Shown one piece after another: positions 20,638 through 30,830 of a stretch of DNA of 64,000 bases (the first letter of the stretch is position 1; each line of letters starts with the position of its first letter). The translations under genes were made by a program, and so were the position numbers. Under the pieces are notes generated by a model, which did no database searches, was not told where the DNA came from, and saw only the letters and a program-made list of their open reading frames with translations. The stretch comes from Gemmatimonadales bacterium (lineage in GTDB: Bacteria > Gemmatimonadota > Gemmatimonadetes > Gemmatimonadales > GWC2-71-9): the NCBI GenBank assembly GCA_041390205.1, contig JAWKQJ010000007.1, positions 27,777 to 91,776 of the forward strand, given 5' to 3'.

Positions 20638-21174
20638 ATGCTGCTCTCCACCACCCGTCGCTACAGCGGTCGGATCATCCACGTGGACGCCGACCGGGTC
20701 CAGTTCCCGGACGGCTCGGAGGGAACCCTCGAGATGATTCGGCATCCCGGCGCCTCGGCCGTCGTCCCGATGCTCGACCCACCGACCGACCCCGACCCCA
20801 GGGTCCTCCTGATCCGGCAGTTCCGCCACGCCGCGGACGACTTCATCTGGGAGATTCCGGCCGGCACGCTCGACGCCGGCGAAGACCCCGCCGAGTGCGC
20901 GCGCCGCGAGCTGGCGGAGGAAGCGGGGTGCTCCGCGGGTCGGATCGAGCACCTGTCCACGGTCTTTACCACGCCGGGGTTCACCGACGAGCGGATCCAC
21001 CTCTACCTCGCCACCGACCTCGAGCGCGGCGAGACCCGGCCGGAGCACGACGAGTTCCTCAGCGTGCACGAGTGGCGCTGGTCGGAGATCGGGCGGATGA
21101 TCCGCCGGGGTGAGATCCGCGACGCCAAGAGCCTCTGCGCCCTCTTCTTCGTGCAGTCGTTCCAGCGCGCGTAG
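20638..21174 (+). CDS. NUDIX hydrolase (ADP-ribose pyrophosphatase-like)
   Basis: ATG at 20638. Nudix box GTLDAGEDPAECARRELAEEAG. Confidence 0.85.
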   Translation: MLLSTTRRYSGRIIHVDADRVQFPDGSEGTLEMIRHPGASAVVPMLDPPTDPDPRVLLIRQFRHAADDFIWEIPAGTLDAGEDPAECARRELAEEAGCSAGRIEHLSTVFTTPGFTDERIHLYLATDLERGETRPEHDEFLSVHEWRWSEIGRMIRRGEIRDAKSLCALFFVQSFQRA

Positions 21175-21212
21175 CCGTTCCCGAGCGCCGCTTTCGCCTT
21201 ACATTTGGATCC

Positions 21213-22259
21213 ATGAGCGCGGGGAGCTTCGACCGACTGTTCCGTGGGGTGCTGAAGGGGGAGATCCCGCCCGCGATCTACCTCCACGGGCCCGAGGACG
21301 TCCTCAAGGACGAGCTCGTCCGGGAGGTGCTCGACCGCCTGCTCGATGCCTCGCTGCGGGACTTCAACTTCGACCAGCGCTCCGCGGCCTCCCTCGCGCC
21401 CGAGGACGCCGAGACCTTGCTCAACACCCTGCCGATGATGGCCGACCGCCGGGTGGCCGTGATCAGGGACGTCGAGGCCTGGAACAAGCGGGCCCGCGCC
21501 AAGCAGGCGGTGCTCCGCTACCTCGAGCGCCCGGCGCCGGAGACCGTCTTGATCCTGGTGCAGGGCGGCGACGCGGCCCCCGACAAGGAGCTGGCCGGCT
21601 CGACGGTGAGCGCCGTCGCCGATCGGCTGCCCCCCGAGCGGGCCCGCAAGTGGCTCGAGCTCGAGGCCGGCCGGCAGGGCGTCGAGCTCGCGGCCGAGGC
21701 GGCGGAGCATCTCGTGCGGGTCACCGACGCCGACCTCGGGGTGCTCAAGATCGAGCTGGCCAAGCTCTCCGGGCTGGCGGAGGGTCGGCCACTCTCGGTC
21801 GACCTGGTGGGCGATCTAATGGGCGTCCGCCGCGGGGAGACCCAATACGACTGGCGCGATCTCGTCCTCACCGGCCGGACCGGCCGGGCGATCGGGTGCT
21901 GCCCCACGTGTTGGCCCAATCGGGCGTGACCGGTGTCTCATTGGTGATGCTGCTGGGGACCTCGCTGCTCGGAATCGGCCTGGCCCGCGCACCACGATCG
22001 CGGCGCGGGCGGGGAGCCGGCTCGAAGGGCCGTGAAACGCTCGCTCTTCCGAGCCCGTCCGGCTCGAGTGAGCTACGACGCGGCCGCGCGCGAATGGAGT
22101 CGCCTCGCGCCCGCCTGGACCCGGACCCGGATCGACGCCGCCATTCGCGCCACCCTGCGGGCGGACGAGCGTCTGAAGAGCACCACGCTGACCACGGAGC
22201 AGGGCATCCTCGTCGATCTGATCCTCCAGCTGGCCAAGCCCGCGCGAGCCGCCGCATGA
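21213..22259 (+). pseudogene. holA: DNA polymerase III delta subunit (HolA), interrupted by a pair of frame changes
   Basis: N-terminal 238 aa (YLHGPEDVLKDE...) and C-terminal 75 aa (ORF 22032-22259) are in the same frame. The middle part (LPHVLAQSGVTGVSLVMLLGTSLLGIGLARA) is readable only in another frame, between ~21895 and ~21990. Confidence 0.75.
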
Positions 22260-23134
22260 GTCGCTCGATCCGTCTGGCCGGCGCTCTCGCGCTGCTGGCC
22301 CTGGCCACGCCGCTCGAGGCGCAGACCACCGAGCGCTTCGTCCAGATCGTCCGGCTCGCCCAGGACGGTCTGGTCGACTCCGCCCGGGCGGAGATGCAGC
22401 GCGTGCTGGCCAGTTCCCGCCCTCGGACCCGATCTTCCCGAGGCGCTCTACACGTCCATCGTCGCCGAGAGCGACACCGAGCGCCGCCGCTCCGCCGGGT
22501 GATCATCGAGTACTCCCGCTCCCAATGGGCGGACGACGCGCTCCTCCTGCTCGCGCAGCTGGAGTACGCCGACGCGAACCCCGACGGCACCGTCGCCCAG
22601 ATCACCAAGCTGATCGACGACTACCCGCTGAGTCCGCTCCGCGGGGTCGGAGCGTTCTGGGGAGCGCGCGCCGCTGGCGACCTGGGCAAGGGCGAGCTGG
22701 CCTGCAAGTGGGCCGTCGTCGGCCTCGGCGCCGTAAAGGACGACGTCGAGCTGCGCACCCAGCTCGATTTCCAGCGGCTCCGCTGCGAAGGCCTGCTGGC
22801 GCAGGCGGCAGACTCCGCGACCCGGCCAGCCGACCGGGGCACGCCATCGCCCGCGCCGCCGCCCCCACCACCGCCGCCGCCGCCCCCGGCCACTCCGCCC
22901 GGGAAGCCCGCGCCCGGGATCTACGTGCAGGTCGGCGCGCTGGACACTCCCGCGGCGGCCGAGGAAGCCGCGGCGCCGCTCCGCGAAGCCGGACTCCCGG
23001 TGGTGATCGTGAGGGAAGGACCGTACCACAAGGTGCGGGTCGGTCCCTACGCGAACCGGACCCAGGCCAACGAGGCGCTCGCGCGGATCCGAGGCTTGGT
23101 GCGGACGCAGCCGTTCATCGTCACCGTGCGCTGA
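22256..23134 (+). CDS. Secreted TPR-like/SPOR-domain protein with a poly-proline linker
   Basis: ATG overlaps the holA stop (ATGA). Signal peptide, and a C-terminal SPOR-like IYVQVGALDTPAAAEEAA...YHKVRVGPYANRTQANEAL. The segment ~22410-22498 reads better in other frames (FPPSDPIFP / EALYTSIVAESDTERRR). Confidence 0.7.
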   Translation: MSRSIRLAGALALLALATPLEAQTTERFVQIVRLAQDGLVDSARAEMQRVLASSRPRTRSSRGALHVHRRRERHRAPPLRRVIIEYSRSQWADDALLLLAQLEYADANPDGTVAQITKLIDDYPLSPLRGVGAFWGARAAGDLGKGELACKWAVVGLGAVKDDVELRTQLDFQRLRCEGLLAQAADSATRPADRGTPSPAPPPPPPPPPPPATPPGKPAPGIYVQVGALDTPAAAEEAAAPLREAGLPVVIVREGPYHKVRVGPYANRTQANEALARIRGLVRTQPFIVTVR

Positions 23135-24374
23135 GCTTGTCGAGCCCCGCGACGGTCTCGAGCCGACTCCCGATCGAGACTTCCTCCTCGGGCGGCGGCG
23201 GGACCGGCGCCTCGCCCTTGAGCAGGAGCCCCGGCAGGAGCGTGTTCCCCAGGGTATAGACGATCAGCCCGCCGAAGAGGTAGGGCGCGAGCCCGAACTC
23301 GTCCCGCAGGATCTCCGCGATCACCAGACCGAAGACCAGGGTCGGCACCATCGAGAGGCCGACCCGGACGCCCGGCTCCACGTCTTCCTTGAGGACCAGC
23401 TTCCGATGCCCCGCCACCAGCAGGATCCGGATCGGCGTGACCACGGCCAGGAAGCCGATCCCGATCACCAGCGCGTCGAAGGAGAAGTCGTCCCGGTGGA
23501 GATGGAGACCGGCGTTGAAGAAGTAGAACGGGACGAAGACCGAGGCGAAGACCTCCATCGCGTGGAGCATCTGCTCCGAGGCGAGGGTCGGGAGCCGCCG
23601 CCGGAACCCCTGCGCGACCAGGCCCACCACGAACGCGCCGACCAGGTAGTAGACGCCCAAGCGCCGGGTCACCATCGCCGCCACCGTGGCGACCATCAGG
23701 AGAAAGGCGAACTCGGACTTCGGCGCGTACGGCACCACGGCCGTGGCGAACCAGCGGAAGACCATCGGCAGGAGCGCCACCAGCACCACCAGCACCGCCG
23801 TGGCGATCCCGAACCGGGCCGTGCTCTGCGACTGGAGCGTGAAGAACAGCGCGCCGAGAGCCACCAGCTCGGTGGCGATCGCCTTCGACTTGACCCAGAA
23901 CCGCTCCCGCTCCGACAGACCGAAGCGATGCAGGGAGTCGAGAATGAAGCCGGTCGACGGCGTGAGCAGCGCCAGCGAGACCAGCAGGGCCGGCCGGAAC
24001 GCGAGATCGAAGATCTCGATCATCGCCCAGGCGCCCAGGAAGAGAGCCGTCACGCCGACCACCAGGTGCTGGACCAGCACCCGGGCCTCCCGGCGAAGCT
24101 CCTGGAAGTCGACCTCGAGCCCCGCGAAGAGGAAGAGCGACACGATCCCGAGCGTGGCCAGGAGCCCCACCGTCGAGTCGCCCTGGTAGAGCCGGAAGCC
24201 CAAGCCGAGCACCGCGCCGAGGGCCACGCTGGTGATCGCCTGCGGGAGACGGTAGCGCTGCAGGAACCGGGGTAGCACGAACAGCACGAACAGGAGCAGG
24301 ACGTAGCCAAGCTCCGAACGCAGCGCGTCCGCCAGCGCCGAGGTGCTGCTGAGCAGTTCCCGAATCACATCCAT
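23121..24374 (-). CDS. Cation:proton antiporter (Na+/H+ exchanger / Kef-type)
   Basis: 417-aa polytopic membrane protein with a typical CPA N-terminus (LLLFVLFVLPRFLQRYRLPQAITSVALGAVLG). Confidence 0.85.
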   Translation of the reverse strand: MDVIRELLSSTSALADALRSELGYVLLLFVLFVLPRFLQRYRLPQAITSVALGAVLGLGFRLYQGDSTVGLLATLGIVSLFLFAGLEVDFQELRREARVLVQHLVVGVTALFLGAWAMIEIFDLAFRPALLVSLALLTPSTGFILDSLHRFGLSERERFWVKSKAIATELVALGALFFTLQSQSTARFGIATAVLVVLVALLPMVFRWFATAVVPYAPKSEFAFLLMVATVAAMVTRRLGVYYLVGAFVVGLVAQGFRRRLPTLASEQMLHAMEVFASVFVPFYFFNAGLHLHRDDFSFDALVIGIGFLAVVTPIRILLVAGHRKLVLKEDVEPGVRVGLSMVPTLVFGLVIAEILRDEFGLAPYLFGGLIVYTLGNTLLPGLLLKGEAPVPPPPEEEVSIGSRLETVAGLDKLSAR

Positions 24375-24468
24375 GTGCGTTTGGATCCCCCCCGGAGGAA
24401 GCTACCGTGGCCCCTCCGCCACGGGCTAGGTCACGGAGGCCTCCGTACCGCGCTAAATTCCGCCCGCC

Positions 24469-27048
24469 ATGGCTGTTTCCGCCTCGGACGAGACGCCCCT
24501 GCTCAGGCAGTACCGGGAGATCAAGTCGCAGCATCGCGACAAGATCCTGTTTTTCCGGATGGGCGACTTCTACGAGATGTTCTACGACGACGCGGAGCTC
24601 GCCGCCCGGGTCCTCGACATCACGCTCACCGCGCGGGGCGACGGGGTGCCCCTCGCCGGCGTGCCCGTCAAGGCCGCCGCCGAGTACCTCCGCCAGCTGG
24701 TGGCGAGCGGCCACCGGGTGGCGATCTGCGAGCAGGTCGAGGACCCCCGCAAGGCCAAGGGCATCGTCAAGCGCGCCGTGATCGAGACGGTGACGCCCGG
24801 CGCCTTGCTCGAAGACGGCTGGGTCCCCGGGGGCCGGAACAACTATCTGGTGGCCGTCGGGCCGCCGCCTCGCGGGGCCGGCCAGGTCGGGATCGCCGCG
24901 GTCGACCTCACCACCGGCGAGTTTCTGCTCGAGCAGGCCGAGCCCGGCCGGGTCAGCGAGGCCCTCGATCGACTCCAGCCCGCCGAGGTCATCGCTCCGG
25001 AATCCGCGGCGATCCCCGATCGCGACACGCTCCGCACCACCCGGGAGGCCTGGGAGTTCGACCCCGAGCTCGCCAGCGAGGAGCTCACCCGCCGATTCGC
25101 GATCGCCTCGCTCGACGGCCTCGGCCTCGCCCGGGACGACGGGCCGGCCGTCGGCGCGGCGGGCGCGCTGCTCCGCTATCTGAGCGAGCTGCAGCCGGCG
25201 GGCCTGCCTCACCTGCTGCGCCCCAGCCTCCGCCGACCCGAGGAGCACCTCTGGCTCGACGAGATGACCCGCCGGAACCTCGAGCTGGTGGAGCCGCTCA
25301 GGAGCGGCGCCAGAGGGGTCACTCTGCTGGAGATGCTCGACGAGTGCCTGACCCCGATGGGATCGCGGCTGCTCCGCCAATGGCTGCTTTCGCCCCTCAG
25401 GGACCCCGGAGCGATCGACGCCAGACTCGACGCGGTGGCCCGACTGGTCGACCAGTCCGGCCTGCGCGGCACCGCCCGGGACTCCCTCGACGGCGTGCGG
25501 GACGTCGAGCGCCTCGCCGGCCGGGCCGCGGCGGGGCGCGCCAATCCGAGGGAGATGGCCGCCCTTCGCGACTCGTTCCGCCGACTGCCCGACGTCCGCG
25601 ACACCGCGCGCGCCCTCGCCGAGAGCGGCTCGACGCTCCTGGCCGACGTCGCCGAGCTCGACCCGCTCGAGGACCTCCTCGACGCGCTCGATCGCGCCCT
25701 GGCGGACCGACCGCCGGTCAATCTCGCCGAGGGGAACGTGATTCGCCCCGGCTTCGACGCGGCGCTCGACGAGGACCGCCAACTCCGCGACGGCGGCAAG
25801 CAACATCTCGCCGCGGTCCAGGAGCGGGAGCGCGCCCGAACCGGGATCGGGTCGCTCAAGATCGGCTACAACAAGGTCTTCGGGTACTACCTCGAGGTCA
25901 CCCACGCGCACCGCAGTCGGATTCCCGACGACTACGAGCGCCGCCAGACCCTCACGTCCGCCGAGCGCTACATCACACCGGAGCTCAAGGAGTACGAGGC
26001 CAAGGTGCTCGGCGCCGAAGAGCGGATGGCCGCCCGAGAAGCCGAGCTCTTCGGCGAGCTGCGGCGCCAGGTCGGCGACGCCATCGGCCGGATCCAGGCC
26101 ACCGCTGCCCGCCTGGCCCGGCTGGACGTCTGGTGCGCGCTGGCCGAGGTCGCGATCGTCAACCAGTACGCCCGACCCGCGATCCACGACGGATTCGAGC
26201 TCGCCCTCACCGCCAGCCGCCACCCGGTGATCGAGCGGATGATGCCCCGGGAGTCGTTCATCCCGAACGACGTGCTCTTCACCGAAGCGAGTCGGGTCGC
26301 CCTCGTCACCGGCCCGAACATGGCCGGCAAGTCCACCATTCTCCGCCAGATCGGCCTGCTGGTGATCATGGCCCAGATGGGGAGCTTCGTCCCGGCCCGA
26401 GCCGCGTCCGTCGGCGTGGCGGATCGGCTCTTCACCCGGGTCGGTGCCAGCGACAATCTCGCCCGCGGGCAGTCCACCTTCATGGTGGAGATGAGCGAGA
26501 CCAGCGCGATCCTCCACAACGCCACCGCCAGGAGCCTCGTGCTGCTCGACGAGATCGGCCGCGGGACCTCGACCTACGACGGCGTCGCCATCGCCTGGGC
26601 GGTGACCGAGCACCTCCACGACCTGGTCGGCTGCAAGACCATGTTCGCCACCCACTATCACGAGCTGATGCAGCTGCCGGAACGTTTGGCGCACGCCCGC
26701 AACATGAACGTCGCCGTGCGGGAGACCGGCGAGACGATCGTCTTTCTCCACCGGCTCGAGCCCGGCGGCACCGATCGCTCCTACGGGATTCACGTCGCCG
26801 ACCTCGCCGGACTGCCCGGTCCGGTGATCGAGCGCGCCAAAGAGGTGCTCGGCACCCTGGAGGGTGAGCATCGGATGGTCCCCGGCGAGCCCCCGCGCGC
26901 CGACTCGCGCCAGCTCGCCCTGTTCGCCGAGCCGCGCGGGCCCGATCCGGTCCGCGAGGAGCTCGAGCGACTCGATCTCGACGCGCTGACCCCGATTCAA
27001 GCTCTGAACCGGCTGGCCGAGCTCCAGCAGAAGGCCCGGAGCAAGTGA
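24469..27048 (+). CDS. mutS: DNA mismatch repair protein MutS
   Basis: TPLLRQYREIKSQH..FFRMGDFYEMF, Walker A GPNMAGKST, DEIGRGTSTYDG. 859 aa, uninterrupted. Confidence 0.95.
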   Translation: MAVSASDETPLLRQYREIKSQHRDKILFFRMGDFYEMFYDDAELAARVLDITLTARGDGVPLAGVPVKAAAEYLRQLVASGHRVAICEQVEDPRKAKGIVKRAVIETVTPGALLEDGWVPGGRNNYLVAVGPPPRGAGQVGIAAVDLTTGEFLLEQAEPGRVSEALDRLQPAEVIAPESAAIPDRDTLRTTREAWEFDPELASEELTRRFAIASLDGLGLARDDGPAVGAAGALLRYLSELQPAGLPHLLRPSLRRPEEHLWLDEMTRRNLELVEPLRSGARGVTLLEMLDECLTPMGSRLLRQWLLSPLRDPGAIDARLDAVARLVDQSGLRGTARDSLDGVRDVERLAGRAAAGRANPREMAALRDSFRRLPDVRDTARALAESGSTLLADVAELDPLEDLLDALDRALADRPPVNLAEGNVIRPGFDAALDEDRQLRDGGKQHLAAVQERERARTGIGSLKIGYNKVFGYYLEVTHAHRSRIPDDYERRQTLTSAERYITPELKEYEAKVLGAEERMAAREAELFGELRRQVGDAIGRIQATAARLARLDVWCALAEVAIVNQYARPAIHDGFELALTASRHPVIERMMPRESFIPNDVLFTEASRVALVTGPNMAGKSTILRQIGLLVIMAQMGSFVPARAASVGVADRLFTRVGASDNLARGQSTFMVEMSETSAILHNATARSLVLLDEIGRGTSTYDGVAIAWAVTEHLHDLVGCKTMFATHYHELMQLPERLAHARNMNVAVRETGETIVFLHRLEPGGTDRSYGIHVADLAGLPGPVIERAKEVLGTLEGEHRMVPGEPPRADSRQLALFAEPRGPDPVREELERLDLDALTPIQALNRLAELQQKARSK

Positions 27049-27455
27049 GGCGGCTCGCCCTGACCACCGCCCTGCTCCTCTCGAGCGGCTGCGCGAAGGA
27101 GCCGGATCAGACGGTCACCTTGCCGCTCGACCCGCCGGCCGCGCCGACCGCGGGCCTCGAATCACCCGTGGCGCTCAACCCCGACGCCCCGACCGAATAC
27201 CCTCCGGCGCTCGCGCAGCAGCGGATCGGCGGCACCGTGATCCTCCGGCTCTTCCTCGACGAGGGCGGGGCCGTCGTGTCAGAATCCACCCGGATCCACG
27301 AGTCGAGCGGCTACCCCGCGCTCGATTCGGCCGCGCTCGCCGCGGTCCCGGGTTTGCGTTACGCCCCGGCCCTCCGCGACGGACGCTCCGCGGCGAGCGC
27401 GTTTCTGCAGCCGTTCAACTTCCGACCGCCACCCGGCTCAGGTGCCACGCCATGA
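27045..27455 (+). CDS. TonB C-terminal-domain protein (lipoprotein-like)
   Basis: LLSSGC lipobox, then YPPALAQQRIGGTVILRLFLDEGG...SGYPALDSAAL...YAPA. 4-nt overlaps on both sides. Confidence 0.75.
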   Translation: MRRLALTTALLLSSGCAKEPDQTVTLPLDPPAAPTAGLESPVALNPDAPTEYPPALAQQRIGGTVILRLFLDEGGAVVSESTRIHESSGYPALDSAALAAVPGLRYAPALRDGRSAASAFLQPFNFRPPPGSGATP

Positions 27456-28843
27456 AGCCCCAGCACACCACCCCGTACGAGTCGGTCCTGGAGACCGTCG
27501 GCTGGACGCCGCTGATCCGACTGTCGCGCGTCGCCGGTGAGCTCCGCACCCCCATCTACGGCAAGGCCGAGTACGCCAACCCCGGGGCGTCGGTGAAGGA
27601 CCGCATCGGCCTCGCCATCATCGAGCAGGCCGAGCGGGAGGGCCAGCTCACGACGGGCGGCACCGTCGTCGAAGGCACCTCGGGCAACACCGGCGTCGGT
27701 CTCGCCATCGCCGCCGCCCTCAAGGGATACCGCTGCATCTTCACGATGCCCGACAAGATGTCCCAGGAGAAGGTCCGACTCCTCAAGGCCTACGGCGCCG
27801 AAGTGGTGATCACCCCGACGGCCGTCCCGGCCGATCACCCGGACAACTACGTCAACAAGGCCAAGCAGATCGTCCACGACACCCCGGGCGCGATCCTGGC
27901 CAACCAGTTCTACAACCAGATCAACCCCGAGTCTCACTACCGGACCACCGGCCCCGAGATCTGGGAGCAGACCGGCGGCCGGGTCACGCATTTCGTGGCC
28001 GGCGCCGGCACCGGCGGCACGGTGAGCGGCGTCGGGCGGTTCCTCAAGGAGAAGAACCCGGCGGTCCGGGTCGTCTGCGGCGACCCGGTGGGATCGATCT
28101 ACAGCCACTACGCCGCCACCCGAACGATCGGCGAGGGCTTTCCGTATAAGGTGGAGGGAATCGGTGGCGACAAGATTCCCACGACCATCTGGTGGGACGC
28201 GATCGATGAGTTTCGGCAATGCGGTGACCGCGAGTCTCTGGGCATGGCCCGCCGGATCGCCCGGGAAGAGGGCATCCTGGTGGGCGGCAGCGCCGGGCTC
28301 AACGTCGCCATCGCGCTCCAGATCGCCCGCGAGGTCGACGACCCGGAGGCCTGCGTCGTGACGATCCTCTGCGACACCGGCGAGCGGTACCTCTCGAAGC
28401 TCTTCAACGACGAGTGGATGCAGGAGAACCAGCTGCTCGATGTGCCACGGGTCCTGGCGGGCGACCTGGTCGGGCGGCCGGAGCGCAAGGGCCCCCCGCT
28501 CGTGAGCGTGGCCCCGGCGGCGGCCGTCCGGCAAGCCCTCAACCTGATGACCTCCTACGACGTGAGCCAGATCCCGGTGATCGAGGAGGGGCAGTGCGTG
28601 GGCGGCCTGATCGAGGGCACCCTGATGACGCGGGCGCTGGCCCAACCGTCCCTGCTCGATCGCCCCGTCCGGGAAGTGATGGACGTCCCCTTCCCGGTCG
28701 TCGAGGCCTCGATGCCGGCGGACCGCCTGGTTCCCATGCTGACCCGGGAGAGCCCCGCGGCGCTGGTCCAGCGCGACGCGAAGCTGATCGGGATCGTCAG
28801 CCGCTACGATCTGCTCCAGCAGCTGATCGGCAGTCGGCGCTGA
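27452..28843 (+). CDS. Cystathionine beta-synthase-like PLP enzyme with a C-terminal CBS pair
   Basis: PLP-lysine context NPGASVKDR, GTSGNTG, GTGGT loop, followed by two CBS motifs. Confidence 0.9.
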   Translation: MKPQHTTPYESVLETVGWTPLIRLSRVAGELRTPIYGKAEYANPGASVKDRIGLAIIEQAEREGQLTTGGTVVEGTSGNTGVGLAIAAALKGYRCIFTMPDKMSQEKVRLLKAYGAEVVITPTAVPADHPDNYVNKAKQIVHDTPGAILANQFYNQINPESHYRTTGPEIWEQTGGRVTHFVAGAGTGGTVSGVGRFLKEKNPAVRVVCGDPVGSIYSHYAATRTIGEGFPYKVEGIGGDKIPTTIWWDAIDEFRQCGDRESLGMARRIAREEGILVGGSAGLNVAIALQIAREVDDPEACVVTILCDTGERYLSKLFNDEWMQENQLLDVPRVLAGDLVGRPERKGPPLVSVAPAAAVRQALNLMTSYDVSQIPVIEEGQCVGGLIEGTLMTRALAQPSLLDRPVREVMDVPFPVVEASMPADRLVPMLTRESPAALVQRDAKLIGIVSRYDLLQQLIGSRR

Positions 28844-28854
28844 GGGCGCGATCG

Positions 28855-29871
28855 ATGCGGATCACCGTGCTGACCGGCGGCACTTCCGCCGAGCGCGACG
28901 TGGCCCTGGCCTCGGCGGCGCAGGTCGTCGCGGCGCTCCGGAGCCGCGGCCACAAGGTGGCGGTCGTCGACACGGCGCGCGGGTACATCCCCGAAGCCGA
29001 GGAAGGCCGGCTGGTCAGCGCATCGGTGGCCCGGACGCCGCCCAGCATCGATCACTTGATCGAGCTGGAGAGCGGCGTCCTGCTCTCGGGGCTCGCCGCG
29101 CTGCAGGCCGTCCGCCAGGCCGACGTGCTCTTCCTGGCCCTCCACGGCGGCCGCGGCGAGGATGGCACCCTGCAAGCGGTCCTGGACGTCGTCGGCGTCC
29201 CCTACACCGGGAGCAGCGCCCTCGCCAGCGGCCTCGCCATGGACAAGGACGTCTCGAAGCACCTCTTCCGGGCGGCCGGCGTGCCCACCGCCGACTGGCT
29301 GATGGCGCCGGCCACGGCCGAGGAGGTGGAGCGGGCGATGGGCTGGCCGGTGGTGGTAAAGCCGAGCAAGCAGGGATCCACGGTGGGGCTGAGCGTCGTC
29401 AAAGCCCCCGACGGCCTGGCGCCGGCCGTCGCCGAAGCGGCCCGTTACGACGACGAGGTCATGATCGAGGCCTTCGTTCCGGGCCGGGAGCTGACTGTCG
29501 GAATCCTGGACGGTACGGCTCTCGCGGTGGGCGAGATTCGCCCCCGGCACGAGATTTTCGACTATGAGTGCAAGTACACGCCGGGGATGGCGGAGGAGAT
29601 CTTCCCGGCCGATCTGGACCAAGCCGTTACCGAGCGGTGTCAAACCCTTGGCCTGAAGGCCCACAAGGCCCTCAAGTTGGGTGGTTACAGTCGAGTGGAC
29701 TTTCGCTTGACAGAGGTTGGTGAACTCGTCTGTTTAGAAGCGAATACCCTGCCGGGAATGACGGCGACGAGTCTGATGCCTCAGTCGGCGAAAGCGGCGG
29801 GAATCGAGCTTCCGGAGCTCTGCGAGCGGGTCTGCGTCGCGGCCCGGAACAGCAGCAAAGGTCGGGACTGA
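28855..29871 (+). CDS. ddl: D-alanine--D-alanine ligase
   Basis: ATG at 28855. MRITVLTGGTSAEREVS-like start, LHGGRGEDGTLQ, DKDVSKHLF, VVVKPSKQGSTVG, SRVDFRL...LEANTLPGMT. Confidence 0.9.
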   Translation: MRITVLTGGTSAERDVALASAAQVVAALRSRGHKVAVVDTARGYIPEAEEGRLVSASVARTPPSIDHLIELESGVLLSGLAALQAVRQADVLFLALHGGRGEDGTLQAVLDVVGVPYTGSSALASGLAMDKDVSKHLFRAAGVPTADWLMAPATAEEVERAMGWPVVVKPSKQGSTVGLSVVKAPDGLAPAVAEAARYDDEVMIEAFVPGRELTVGILDGTALAVGEIRPRHEIFDYECKYTPGMAEEIFPADLDQAVTERCQTLGLKAHKALKLGGYSRVDFRLTEVGELVCLEANTLPGMTATSLMPQSAKAAGIELPELCERVCVAARNSSKGRD

Positions 29872-30728
29872 TGGAAGGACCGAGAGTGGCCCGAATGACA
29901 CCGTGGGTCGGTCGCCTGCTGGCGGCCAACCTCGTGGTCATGCTGCTGGCCAACACGGTCTTTACCGCGCCCCGCTACCTCGATGCGCTCGCCTTCGATC
30001 CGGAAACCTTCCTCGCCCGACCCTGGACCGCGATCACCTACCTCTTCGCCCACGGCGGGGTGGTGCATCTGGCGTTGTCCAGCCTCGCGCTGGCCCTCTT
30101 CGGCCCGCCGGTCGAGCGGAAGCTGGGCTCCCGCCGGTTCCTCGCTTTCTACTTGTACAGCGGCGCCGGCGCGGCACTCTTCGCCTTCGGTCTCTCCTCC
30201 GTGCTCACGGTCGGCCCGATCGTCGGGCCGACCGGCGCTCTCTACGGGGTGATGCTGGCCTTCGTCTGGTTCTGGCCGGACGCCGGCGTCCCGATCGCTC
30301 CGTTCCCGGCGCCGATCTCGGCCCGCACCCTCTTCACCGTCCTCCTCACGGTCGACACCCTCGGCGCCCTGGTGTCCGGCACCCTCGGCGCGTCGGTCCT
30401 GGGCATTCCCCATCTCGCCCATCTCGGCGGCGCCTGCGCGGGCTACCTCTTCTTCAGGGTTCGCGCGTTCGCCGCGGAGCGGCCGGCGCCACGGATTCCG
30501 AGCGCGCCGGCCCGCCGGCCCGTCGTGACCCCGATGCGCGTGCAGGAGACGGTGACCGAGATGAGCTCCGCCCCGGCTACCTTGGAAGCCGGCCCGCCGG
30601 AGGTCAGCGACGACGAGATCGATCGGGTCCTCGACAAGATCTCCCGACACGGGATGGGCAGTCTCACGTCGGAAGAGCGTCAGTTCCTCGCCGACGCCTC
30701 CAAGCGCAAGCGCGAAGACCAGATCTGA
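29871..30728 (+). CDS. Rhomboid-family intramembrane serine protease
   Basis: TM core with GPTGALYGVM (GxSG-like) and HLAHLGG. C-terminal soluble tail DEIDRVLDKISRHGMGSLTSEERQFL. The start may be the downstream ATG at 29895. Confidence 0.75.
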   Translation: MEGPRVARMTPWVGRLLAANLVVMLLANTVFTAPRYLDALAFDPETFLARPWTAITYLFAHGGVVHLALSSLALALFGPPVERKLGSRRFLAFYLYSGAGAALFAFGLSSVLTVGPIVGPTGALYGVMLAFVWFWPDAGVPIAPFPAPISARTLFTVLLTVDTLGALVSGTLGASVLGIPHLAHLGGACAGYLFFRVRAFAAERPAPRIPSAPARRPVVTPMRVQETVTEMSSAPATLEAGPPEVSDDEIDRVLDKISRHGMGSLTSEERQFLADASKRKREDQI

Positions 30729-30830
30729 CGTTGGCCCCACGCCGGCGGCCAGCCGCGACCACCAGAACAGATCGGTCGAAGAGTCTCCTGCCATCTTGAT
30801 TTTGATCGCGGGAATTCGGTATTCTGTCCC

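Noticed and set aside
30780-30830. A promoter-like TTGATT-N18-TATTCT just upstream of the GTG start at 30831, implying a near-leaderless mRNA.
   Set aside because: The spacing and hexamers are only approximate, and the true start codon of the gene is uncertain. Support is too weak to list it as a feature.
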